From Verrucomicrobiia bacterium (lineage in GTDB: Bacteria; Verrucomicrobiota; Verrucomicrobiia; Palsa-1439), in assembly GCA_037441425.1 (NCBI GenBank), contig JBBISF010000005.1:6529-70528 (forward strand): DNA of 64,000 nucleotides, written 5' to 3'. This document shows, in pieces, positions 1 to 9,400 of the stretch (its first letter is position 1; each line of letters opens with the position of its first letter). The notes beneath the pieces were generated by a model. The model saw only the letters and a list, made by a program, of their open reading frames with translations. It was not told where the DNA came from and ran no database searches. A program made the position numbers and the translations under genes.

Positions 1-66
1 CCCGCTATGAATACCCGCAAGATGAAATGCTGGTTTGCTGCAATCGAGATATGATAAAGTGCGTAT
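1..66 (+). promoter_or_regulatory. AT-richer leader upstream of the MTase gene; possible promoter
   Basis: GATATGATAAAGTGCGTATGTGATT lies immediately 5' of the ATG at 67 in otherwise GC-rich DNA. No consensus -35/-10 was confirmed. Confidence 0.2.
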
Positions 67-1008
67 GTGATTCCGCATCCGATCCAATATCAAGGCAGCA
101 AGCGCGGGTTGGCGCCGGTGATTCTGCGTTATCTGCCAGTGCAGATGGAACGGCTGGTCGAGCCGTTTGTAGGTTCGGCGGCGGTTTCGATAGCTTGCGC
201 CGCACGAGGACGCGCGAAGAATTACTGGCTGAATGACCTGAACAAACCGCTAGCGGAACTTATCGGGTTAATGATCAACCATCCTCAGGAGTTGACCCGC
301 TTCTACAAAGATCTCTGGGAGCAGCAACACGCCGACAGTTTAGAACATTATTACCGGGTGCGGGAAGACTTCAATCGGACCCGCAATCCCCAATTGCTGT
401 TGTATCTGTTGGCGCGGTGCGTCAAGGGGGCGGTGCGGTACAACGCGGAAGGACTGTTCAACCAAAGCCCGGACAAACGACGGCAGGGTACGCGACCAGA
501 GACAATGCGAGAAAATATTTATGGCGTATCAACGTTGCTGCGTGGACGCACAGTGGTTTCCTCGCTCGATTATCGCGATGTGCTGGCGAACGTCAGTCCT
601 AGTGACGTGGTGTACATGGATCCGCCGTATCAAGGAGTCTGCGGTGAGCGCGATTCACGGTACTATGCCGGGGTGATGTTTGACGATTTCGTTAATGAAC
701 TGGCGAAGCTGAATCGCTGCGGTATCCGGTATGCGGTCAGTTACGACGGACGGACCGGGACAAAGCGGTTCGGCAAGCCGATGCCGAAGGTGTTGGATTT
801 GACGCTCGTGGAATTGTCAGCCGGTCCCTCGACGCAGGCAACATTGCTGGGCCGTAAGGCGATCACCGTCGAATCGCTCTACCTCTCTGCGTCGTTGGCG
901 GAAGAAGCTGGTGCGGCGGAGCGGGTACATCGTCACAATGAAGTCGAACAACTCGTCTTAATGGAGTCACGCAAACCGTATGGCAAAATATCCAAAAGAA
1001 TTTCTTGA
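67..1008 (+). CDS. Dam-family (D12 class, alpha-group) N6-adenine DNA methyltransferase
   Basis: The N-terminal QYQGSKR motif is typical of the Dam/D12 family and the catalytic DPPY lies in VVYMDPPYQG. 313 aa. Local GC is lower than the surroundings. Confidence 0.85.
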   Translation: MIPHPIQYQGSKRGLAPVILRYLPVQMERLVEPFVGSAAVSIACAARGRAKNYWLNDLNKPLAELIGLMINHPQELTRFYKDLWEQQHADSLEHYYRVREDFNRTRNPQLLLYLLARCVKGAVRYNAEGLFNQSPDKRRQGTRPETMRENIYGVSTLLRGRTVVSSLDYRDVLANVSPSDVVYMDPPYQGVCGERDSRYYAGVMFDDFVNELAKLNRCGIRYAVSYDGRTGTKRFGKPMPKVLDLTLVELSAGPSTQATLLGRKAITVESLYLSASLAEEAGAAERVHRHNEVEQLVLMESRKPYGKISKRIS

Positions 1009-1708
1009 ATTGTGTCGTTCCGTGACCGGCAAGCGTGCCCGCACGGTCATTGACCACATCCTCAAGCACGGCCAAATCTCCACGGAAGAGCTCAAGACCA
1101 AGTATGGCTACAATCATCCGCCCCGTGCCGCACGTGATGTGAAAGAACACGGTATTCCCTTGGAGCGCGTTACCGTTGTCGGTTCTGACGGGAGGAAGAT
1201 TGCCGCTTACCGGTTTGCCGACCCGAGCAAGGTGAAGTTCCGACGCTTGGCTGGCCGGACAGGTTTGTCCAAGCAGATCAAGCAGGCCCTGATTCAGAAG
1301 TATGGCTGCCAATGCTTCATTTACTTGGAGGAGTTGCCAGAAGCCCAGCTCCAAATTGATCACCGAGTTCCATACGAAGTCGCTGGTGACGTGGGAGGCC
1401 AATCATCTCCCGATGACTTTATGCTGCTCTCCGGCTCCGCAAATCGTGCCAAATCGTGGTCATGCGAACACTGCGAGAACTGGCGGAATCTTAAGAAGCG
1501 TGAAGTCTGCCTCTCATGCTATTGGGCGTATCCGGAGGAATACTCACACATTGCCATGCAACCTGTCCGTCGCGTGGACTTGCTTTGGCAAGGTGAGGAA
1601 GTGGCTCAATACGATCAACTCAAGAAGGATGCCCGCACCGCCGGCATGCCAATTCCGCAATTTGTGAAGGACATTATCGAGCGCGCGGTCAAACGCGAGC
1701 AAGACTGA
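980..1708 (+). CDS. HNH-family endonuclease, putative Type II restriction enzyme partner of the MTase
   Basis: HNH core QIDHRVPYEV with flanking Cys pairs (GCQC ... CEHC ... CLSCYW) indicates a zinc-binding HNH. The start overlaps the MTase 3' end by 29 nt on the same strand. Confidence 0.7.
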   Translation: MAKYPKEFLELCRSVTGKRARTVIDHILKHGQISTEELKTKYGYNHPPRAARDVKEHGIPLERVTVVGSDGRKIAAYRFADPSKVKFRRLAGRTGLSKQIKQALIQKYGCQCFIYLEELPEAQLQIDHRVPYEVAGDVGGQSSPDDFMLLSGSANRAKSWSCEHCENWRNLKKREVCLSCYWAYPEEYSHIAMQPVRRVDLLWQGEEVAQYDQLKKDARTAGMPIPQFVKDIIERAVKREQD

Positions 1709-2483
1709 GGCTGGGTTGCGGGCCGGCACCGACGAGGAACAGCCGCGCCAGATTCAGCAGCGGCCGGTAGAGTTGGCCGGCGGAAACGCGGCACCGGTGG
1801 CTGACCATCCAGCGGTTGGCGGCGTCGAAATCTTCCACGCGCGGTGTGTGGTCGGCGACATCGGCAAATGCGCTGCGGAGGTGGGCGAGTTTCGACTGGG
1901 TGTCCGACCACTTGGCCCAGCGGGAGACCTTCTCGACGGTCGCCTTGAACAGCCGGTTGGGCAGGTTGTCCTCGGTGAACTCGTCAAAGGCCACGTCGAA
2001 CCGGTCGCGCCGCCAGCCGTCGGGCCGCCGGGCTTGGGCGGCGACGAGCCAGCGGCCTTTGAGCACGTCGAGCCGGTCTTCGATGGTCACGTACCCGCGC
2101 AACACTTCCCGGCGGACGGCCTCCCAAAGCCGGTGGGCGAAAATCCAGTAGAGGATTTCCGAGAGCCGCGCGCGTTGTTCGGTGAGCCGGGCGATTTCCG
2201 GTTCGGTGATTTCCAGTTTGCGCGTGTAGCTCAGGAGGAACAGCAGATTTGCCGTGGCCTCGCGTTCCGCCGTCGCCTCTTCCCGGTACGTCTTCGGTAG
2301 GACTTGCAGCGTGGCGGTCGGGAGTTGGACGATGCCGACGAATGAAGTCGCGCGTGTCTCCCGCCAGCCAACTTGGAACATCGGTTTTCCTGCCGGGCCA
2401 CGCAGCGTGTCTAGGACGCGCTTATCAATTTCCGGTAACGGCCTCGCGATGGCCTGATGTTCAAAAACAGTGACGGCCTTCAT
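1689..2483 (-). pseudogene. McrC-like N-terminal-domain protein, truncated (nuclease half absent)
   Basis: FDEFTEDNLPNRLFKATV resembles the E. coli McrC region FDMLNEDTLANRIIKSTL, recalled from memory. The ORF stops about 87 aa after this motif with no PD-(D/E)xK (D.KYY) motif. No mcrB is adjacent. The 3' end overlaps the HNH gene end convergently. Confidence 0.4.
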
Positions 2484-2566
2484 GCGTGCCGCCGAGTATG
2501 AGTCGTACCTGCCAGTAAATCAACGCGGCTTTATCCCCAACACCGGTCGCGATTGGGAAATCGCTC

Positions 2567-3634
2567 CTACGAGTTGCTGGCCGCCAGCCGGCGCTGATAA
2601 TCGTCCGCCATCAGCGATTCAATCATCTCGTCCAAATCACCGTTCATGATGGCCGGGAGGTTTTGGATCGTGAGGTTGATGCGGTGGTCGGTGACGCGGT
2701 TCTGCGGGAAATTGTAGGTGCGGATTTTTTCGCTGCGGTCGGCGGTGCCGATCTGGCTACGACGAGCGGCGGTCATCTTGGCTTGTTCTTCTTCCTGTTT
2801 GTGGACAAGCAATCGGGAACGCAGCACGCGCAGGGCTTTGGCCTTGTTTTTGATTTGGGAGCGCTCGTCGGCGCAACGCACGATCAGGCCGCTGGGCTTG
2901 TGGTGAATCTGGACGGCGCTGTCGGTAGTGTTCACGCCCTGACCGCCGGGGCCGCTGGCGCGGCAGACGGTGATCTCCATATCCTCGGTCTTGAGTTGGA
3001 TGTCCACTTCTTCAGCTTCCGGGAGGACGGCGACGCTGGCGGTGCTGGTGTGAACACGGCCTTGCGCTTCGGTTTCCGGCACGCGCTGCACGCGATGGAC
3101 GCCGGACTCGTAGCGCAGTTTCTTATAAACATCCTGGCCTTGGACGCTGAAGACGATTTCCTTGAAGCCGCCGCGTTCGCTGGGACTGGTGTCCATGACT
3201 TCGATCTTCCAACGCTGCGTGTCGGCAAACCGCGCATACATCCGGTAAAGATCAGCCGCGAACAGCGCGGCTTCCTCGCCGCCGGTGCCGGCGCGGATTT
3301 CGACAATCGTGTTGCGCGAATCGTGCGGATCGGGCGGCACGATGCCGAGCTGGATGTTCTTGGAAAGCCGGTCAGACTCTTTGCGCAACTCGTCGAGTTC
3401 GCTCTTCGCGAGTTCCGCCATGTCCGGGTCGGCGAGGAGTTGTTCGTTCTCGGCGATCTGTTTCTGGACGGTTTGCCAACGCGCGTCGTCGGCCAGCGCC
3501 TGGTTCAGGCGTTGGAGTTCCCGAGCCAGTTCGCCGGCGCGCCGCTGGTCGGCGTACACCGCCGGATTGGCGAGCTCGTTCTGCAGCTCGGCCACCCGGT
3601 GGCGGAACTTTTCGATGGAGGGCGCAAAGTCCAT
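2567..3634 (-). CDS. prfA: peptide chain release factor 1
   Basis: GGQ motif (SGPGGQGVNTTDSAV) and RF1-type sequence throughout. The likely start is the internal ATG at 3634 (MDFAPSIEKF...); the ORF track extends to 3679. Confidence 0.95.
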   Translation of the reverse strand: MDFAPSIEKFRHRVAELQNELANPAVYADQRRAGELARELQRLNQALADDARWQTVQKQIAENEQLLADPDMAELAKSELDELRKESDRLSKNIQLGIVPPDPHDSRNTIVEIRAGTGGEEAALFAADLYRMYARFADTQRWKIEVMDTSPSERGGFKEIVFSVQGQDVYKKLRYESGVHRVQRVPETEAQGRVHTSTASVAVLPEAEEVDIQLKTEDMEITVCRASGPGGQGVNTTDSAVQIHHKPSGLIVRCADERSQIKNKAKALRVLRSRLLVHKQEEEQAKMTAARRSQIGTADRSEKIRTYNFPQNRVTDHRINLTIQNLPAIMNGDLDEMIESLMADDYQRRLAASNS

Positions 3635-3682
3635 AAAGACAAAACGGGCGCAAGCGGAAATGCCTGCGCCCGTCAGCAAACC

Positions 3683-3889
3683 CTACTTCGCCTTCTTCGC
3701 GTACCGCTTCTGGAAGCGCTCGACGCGGCCGGCGGTGTCCACGTACTTCGCCTGCCCCGTGAAAAACGGGTGACAACGTGAGCAGATGCCGACGTGCATA
3801 TCTTTCTTGGTGGAACGCGTCTTGATCACATTGCCGCACGCGCAATGGATGATCGACTCCACATATTCCGGATGAATCTTCGCTTTCAT
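3683..3889 (-). CDS. rpmE: 50S ribosomal protein L31
   Basis: MKAKIHPEY... with CxxC...CxxCHPFFTG zinc-ribbon motifs. rpmE-prfA arrangement. Start taken at the ATG at 3889. Confidence 0.9.
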   Translation of the reverse strand: MKAKIHPEYVESIIHCACGNVIKTRSTKKDMHVGICSRCHPFFTGQAKYVDTAGRVERFQKRYAKKAK

Positions 3890-3959
3890 GAGTAAATCCC
3901 TAAAAGGCGCGACACAGTACAAGCCAAGTCTTGCGGTTGCAAGCTGATTTTACTACCTC

Positions 3960-5435
3960 TTGAGCTTCATGATACGTAATCTTAAGGCGCTGGCCAGCGG
4001 CGAGTTCGACGTGCTGGTGATTGGTGGCGGCATCTTCGGGGCCGGCATCGCCCGGGACGCCACGTTGCGTGGGCTGCGCGTCGCGCTGATTGATAAGGCC
4101 GACTTCGCGAGCGGCGCTTCCAGCCGGTCCACCAAACTCATCCATGGCGGTTTCCGGTATCTCGAACAAGCCGCAGTTGGCCTCGTTGCTGAGTCCTGCC
4201 GGGAGCGCCGCATCCTCCAAGAGATTGCGCCGCACCTGGTCAAACCGCAGTCATTTCTTTTCACAGTCTATGCGGGCGATTCCCGGCCCTTGTGGAAAAT
4301 CAATCTCGGCATGACGCTTTACGACCTGCTCGCCGCGTACCGGAATCCGGGACGACATCGCCGCTACGGACCGCGGCGCGCGCTCGCGCACGAACCCGCG
4401 CTCAACCGGCAAGGCCTGCAAGGCGCGGTGTTGTTCCATGATTGTCAGGAAGACGACGCGCGGTTCTGTCTCGATAATCTCTTCCATGCCGCCCAACACG
4501 GTGCAGTCTGCGCCAACTACTGTGCGCTGACCGGGTTCGTCAAAGAAGTCGACCGGCTGGCCGGGGCGCGCGTCACGGACGAATTGACCGGCGAATCCTT
4601 TCCCATTCGCGCCCGCGTCTTCATTAACGCCGCCGGCCCGTGGGCGGAACAAGTGGCGAACCTCGCCCCGTTGAATGGCCGGAATCTCCGCCTCAGTCCC
4701 ACCAAGGGGGTGCACTTGGTGTTGCCGCGCCTGACGGAGCGTCATGGCGTTTTCTTTCAGGCCCGCCGGGACGGCCGGCTCATCTTCGTAGTGCCGTGGC
4801 TGGATTGCTCGCTGCTTGGCTCCACGGATACGGATTTTACCGGCGACCCGGCCACGGCGGCAACCGAGCCGGCCGACATCGAATACCTGCTGACGGAATT
4901 GCGGACAGTCATGCCGGATGCGCGAATCCAGGCGTCGGACATCATCACGACCTTCGCGGGCGTGCGTCCCTTGCTGCATTCCTCCGCGCGCCCGTCCGCC
5001 CGCTCGCGCGAGGAACGCATCGTTTGGCACGGGAAGAATTTCATGTCTGTCGCCGGCGGCAAGTACACCACCTACCGGGCGGTTGCCGAACAGGTGGTGG
5101 ATCAGTTGGGTAAGCACCTTGAGCGTCGGTTGCCGGTCTGCGCGACTGCGACCACGCCCTTGCCGGAGCATCGTCCACCGGTGGCCGGCGAACAACTGGC
5201 GGATGTGCCGGAAGTTTACGCCAGCGACATTGACCACGCCTGCCGGGAGGAAATGGCCCTGACGTTATCCGATGTGATGCGGCGGCGCACGCCGTTGGCC
5301 TTGAGCCGGCACGGCGGGAAAGAAGTGGCGGAACGCGTGGCGCGTGTCATGGCCGCCGCGCTGGGCTGGAGTGAGGAATGGACCCGCCGGCAGGTGGACG
5401 ATTACCTCGCGGAGCGAACGCGGGGAACGTTATGA
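3960..5435 (+). CDS. glpD: FAD-dependent glycerol-3-phosphate dehydrogenase
   Basis: N-terminal FAD fold DVLVIGGGIFGAGIARDA with GlpD/GlpA-like sequence over 491 aa. Confidence 0.85.
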   Translation: MSFMIRNLKALASGEFDVLVIGGGIFGAGIARDATLRGLRVALIDKADFASGASSRSTKLIHGGFRYLEQAAVGLVAESCRERRILQEIAPHLVKPQSFLFTVYAGDSRPLWKINLGMTLYDLLAAYRNPGRHRRYGPRRALAHEPALNRQGLQGAVLFHDCQEDDARFCLDNLFHAAQHGAVCANYCALTGFVKEVDRLAGARVTDELTGESFPIRARVFINAAGPWAEQVANLAPLNGRNLRLSPTKGVHLVLPRLTERHGVFFQARRDGRLIFVVPWLDCSLLGSTDTDFTGDPATAATEPADIEYLLTELRTVMPDARIQASDIITTFAGVRPLLHSSARPSARSREERIVWHGKNFMSVAGGKYTTYRAVAEQVVDQLGKHLERRLPVCATATTPLPEHRPPVAGEQLADVPEVYASDIDHACREEMALTLSDVMRRRTPLALSRHGGKEVAERVARVMAAALGWSEEWTRRQVDDYLAERTRGTL

Positions 5436-6037
5436 CGCCATTGGTCATCGCGCATCGGGGGTGGAGCGCCCGGTATCTCGAGAACACGTGGCCGGCCATT
5501 CGCGCGGCGATCCGGTTGGGGGTGGACATGGTCGAGATTGACGTGCAACAGACGCGCGATGGGGAATTGGTGGTATTCCATGATTACCGGTTGGATCGGA
5601 TCTATGGCGTCCACAAACGCGTGCGCGCCGCCTTGCGAGAAGAAATGCCGGAGGCCCCGACGCTTGACGAAGTTTTGCGCTTAAACTTTCCGCTGCTCAT
5701 TGAAATCAAGGGCGCGGATCCGGAGCGCGTGGCGGCGGTGACGGGTGGGCGGAAGGATGTGATTGTATTTTCCGTCCATCCCGGCAAGGTGCGGCGGTTG
5801 ACCGACGTGACCCGGTTCGGACTTTCGGCGCGCTGGATTCGATTTCCCAAGGACGTGGCCGGGTTGGGCGTGAGTCGCCGGTTGATCAAGTCGCCGGCGG
5901 TCGTGCGGCGCATTCATGGCCGCGGATTGAAGTTGTTCGTGTGGACGGTGAATCAGTCGGAAGAGATGCGCCGGTTGCGCGACTGGGGCGTGGATGGGTT
6001 GATCACCGATCATCCCGACCGGGCGTTGCAAATCTGA
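5432..6037 (+). CDS. ugpQ: glycerophosphodiester phosphodiesterase (GDPD family)
   Basis: VIAHRGWSARYLENTWPA ... MVEIDVQQTRDG ... VVFHD are GDPD catalytic motifs. ATGA start/stop overlap with glpD at 5432-5435. Confidence 0.85.
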   Translation: MTPLVIAHRGWSARYLENTWPAIRAAIRLGVDMVEIDVQQTRDGELVVFHDYRLDRIYGVHKRVRAALREEMPEAPTLDEVLRLNFPLLIEIKGADPERVAAVTGGRKDVIVFSVHPGKVRRLTDVTRFGLSARWIRFPKDVAGLGVSRRLIKSPAVVRRIHGRGLKLFVWTVNQSEEMRRLRDWGVDGLITDHPDRALQI

Positions 6038-6054
6038 AGCGGGGACGGTAGGCT

Positions 6055-6417
6055 GTGGCCATGCTGCAAATTATTTTCAGTCCGGTGGGCGCCAAGGAAC
6101 TGGCGGCCATGCCGAAGAAACTGCAATTGGAATTGATTGACGGTTTTCAGTTGTTGCCGCGCGATTTCGAGAAGGCGGACGCGCATTTTGGTCAACTCAC
6201 GCGCGGTGGGAAAAAAGTCTATCGCTACCGGGTGAAGGACTACCGCATTTATTTCGACAAGGACGGCGACATGATCAATGTCCGGTGTGTTCTCAACAAG
6301 AACTCATTGAAGGATTTCTTTTACCGCTCGAAGCTGCCAATTTCCGAAGACCAACTCCTCCAGGAAAATCCCAAGTTCTGGGAGTTACTGGAGTCCAGCG
6401 CTACAGCGCCTTCGTAA
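6055..6417 (+). CDS. RelE/ParE-like toxin-fold protein (putative, orphan)
   Basis: The pattern IIFSPVGAKELAAMPKKLQ...GKKVYRYRVKDYRIYFDKDGDMINVRCVLNKN matches the RelE/ParE layout (...yRlRvgdyRiiY...v.il.i...). It has a roughly 30-aa C-terminal extension, no antitoxin ORF nearby, and lower GC (about 50%). Confidence 0.35.
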   Translation: MAMLQIIFSPVGAKELAAMPKKLQLELIDGFQLLPRDFEKADAHFGQLTRGGKKVYRYRVKDYRIYFDKDGDMINVRCVLNKNSLKDFFYRSKLPISEDQLLQENPKFWELLESSATAPS

Positions 6418-9400
6418 ACTCCGGCACGAGTTCGTACAAGTCCCCCACCAGCGGAATCACCTTGGGCCGTGCGCGGCGTTGATTCAGCGTCAGCAACGGC
6501 GCGTCGGCATCCTTGTTGAAGGCGATGATCAGCGCCCGTTCCCCGAGGTAATCCACGTGCTGCGGCGCACCGCTGACGCCAAGCGAGATGATCAACTTGG
6601 GATTCACCGCCGTGCCGGTTTGACCGATTTGACGGTCGGGCGTGAGCAGCTTGAGATCTTCCACCACCTTGCGTGTCCCGCCAATCATCACGTTCTGCAC
6701 TCCGATCTTTTCGAGGCGGTCCTTCAGGGGCAAAACGATCAAATCAAAATTCTCCCGGTTCCGGATGGCGTAACCGACATCAATGATCACATCCGCATCA
6801 GCCATCATGAGCGAACGCGCGCGCGCTTCCGCCTGTTTGGGCGGGGGGACGTATTCCAAGTCCAGCGGCACGCGGCAGACGCGTTTTGGCGCGACGGTCT
6901 TGTGCTGACTGCCGGCCGTAAACGTCGCCACCAGCGGATGTTCCTGGACGTTACCGATGGCGAACACGCGGTGCACGTTCCCGCCGAATACCGGCACGGC
7001 CAGTTCATGGTGCGCGATTGCCGCCACATTGTACCGGGCCTGCACGCGCGGGAACGTGCTCGCAAATTGCGCGAACACCTCATTCGCCCACGTCCCGCTG
7101 GCGAGCAGGGACGGCAACGTGTCCTTCCACAGGTATTGGGCGGCGGCGAGCACGCCTTCGGGCGAATCGTCGCGCAATTGCGCGTGCGTACAAAAGAACA
7201 CGGACGCCGCCGCCAGCCGTCCGGCCAATTCCCGGATCTGCTTCTCGTCAGGGTCGCCCACCACCACCACGTGAAACGGCAAACCCAAAGCGGCCGCACA
7301 TTCAGCGGCGGTTTCTGCGCCGTCGCAGTTGCCCGGTGTCGCCACGAACACCGCTGCGGCGCGCGCCGGCACAACTGATTGGTCTGCCGCCTCAATTTTG
7401 CCAGTATATTGCGCGTCGCCATCCGGGCCGGACGATTCCACCCCCGTCAACGCCCGTACCAACTTTGCCGCTGCGGCCGGCGTGGCGACGGTTGGTTGCT
7501 CCCCGGCCGTGACTGCCGGCAAAATAAGACGTGACGGGAACTTCGCGCTGGCGATTATTTGCGCGCTGGGAATGATCTCCAATGGTTTCGACTGAGCCGC
7601 GCAGAAGTCATCGACCGAGAAATTGTTGGCAGCGGTTGCTTCGGTGATGGCGCGGACCGGAGGCAGCCCGCCCAGATTGCTGTTCAAGATGGTGCAGAAC
7701 AGTGCCTCCCCGCATAACACCAAATCACATGAGGGCAGGTGCACGGCGATGTGATCGGCAATCAGTCGAGCAGTCGCATGGATGTCCTCTGGCAGGTCGT
7801 CGGCTTCCAGCAGCACGGCATCGGTTGCGCCGGCGGCCAGCGCGCGGCGGAGAAGTTCGGCGGCATAACGCGGTGCGACGGTCAGGATGGTGAGGCGGAC
7901 GGGTCGTCGCGACAGGCTTGTCGGGACTCCCACATCAAGCTCGAAGTGTGTCTCCAGTAGCTCGCCCTCCACCACGCGCGGTCGCGGTGAAAGAGCCGGC
8001 ACGACGTTGGCGACAACGACAATGTGTTGGGCCGGGGGTAGGATTGCCGGTTGCGGAGCGAGTGCCGGTTTATGTTCTGCTTCCTGCAGCGCGAGCATCG
8101 CAACACGGATTTCGGGTGGGTACAGACCTTGTTTGAGCAGCGCGCAGTCGCGGTCGAACTCGGAGAGGAGGCGCTGGATTTCCCGTTGAGCGCAATCGCA
8201 ATACCGGTCATAGGCCACTTCAGCCAATTGCCGGTGGGGGCTGTCCACAGCGGTCGTATTCTTCGTCAGCCATTGGGTGCGCCACCGGGCGGAATCCATG
8301 GCCTTCAGGTAGCCGGCCATTTCGGCGAGTTTGAACATCGCGGGTTGGAAATTCGCGTTTTGCCAGACTTGTTGACCGAAGGTTTCAACGGCTTGCCGGA
8401 GGCGATCAATCAGCGGGCTGGATTCCTTGGCGTTCGGAAGTGCTTTGTCCACGAGATCGCGCAGAATGAGAAACCGCTGCACTTCGTTCGTGCCTTCGTA
8501 AATGTTCAGCACCCGGGCGTCACGCCGGTGTTTTTCCAGTTCGTGCAATTGGGTGCCGCCTTCCAACCCGTAAATATTCTCCGCGGCCCGAATGACCCGG
8601 TGCAGAACTTCGCTGGCGTAGTATTTGCCGATGGCCGACTCGGTGCGGACGCTCTTCGTGTCGTGATGGTCGAACCGGCCAATCAACTCATACGCGAGCG
8701 ATTCAGTCGCGTAATGCTCGATGGTCATTTCGCCGACGAGTTGCTGGATGTGCGGTTCGTTCTCCAAGCCGCGTTCCCTTACGAATTGCCGGGTTTGCTC
8801 GATGATCTTGGCGGTCATCGCCGCGGCGCTGACGCAGAGGCCGGTGCGCCCGACGTTGAGGGTTTCCAGCGCGTTGACTTGGCCCCGGCCTTCGATGCCG
8901 ATGATGTTTTCCCGTGGGACGCGGACTCCGTTGAGGCTGAGTTCGTTGGTGGGCGAACCGCGCTGGCCCATCTTTTCTTCGTCGCGACCGACCTTCAGCC
9001 CTTCGGAATTGCGGCGGACAAGGAAACCGGTTGGGCCTTCTTTCGTGCGTGCGTACAAGCAAAACACGCCGGCCACGTGGCCGTTGGTGATCCACATCTT
9101 GGCGCCATTGAGTTCGTAGTACTCGTAGAATTCCCGGCCGCCTTCCTTCCGGATCTGCGCGATGTCGGCATCCGGTAGGTTGGCTATGTCCACGGTCGCC
9201 GCGTCCACGATGCCGCGGCGCTCTGTGCCGAGCCGGAAATACTTCGAGCCGTCAGAATTTGTGAAGACTTCGGCGCGCTTCAATTCGGCCCGGGTCTGAA
9301 TGCCACCGGAATCACTGCCGGCACTCGGCTCAGTCAGGGCAAAGGCGCTGATCTGACCGGCACTGATTAAACGCAGGAAGAATTTCGCGGCTTCTGCCCG

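Noticed and set aside
5-236. Small ORFs at the extreme 5' end (5-205 minus; 27-236 plus)
   Set aside because: They overlap the MTase start and its leader, and have no motifs. They are treated as spurious.
2663-3781. Long antisense ORFs opposite well-supported genes (e.g. 2663-3781 + opposite prfA; 4251-5237 - opposite glpD; 8051-9178 + and 11960-13279 + opposite the giant flavoprotein gene; 22706-23734 + opposite the ABC ATPase; 44965-46674 - opposite the 45025-46728 membrane protein gene; 56056-57006 - opposite a DUF4139 gene)
   Set aside because: Their translations are low-complexity (Arg/Ala/Gly/Pro-rich) with no recognisable motifs, as expected from stop-codon depletion in GC-rich DNA. 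Each opposite-strand partner has clear family signatures.
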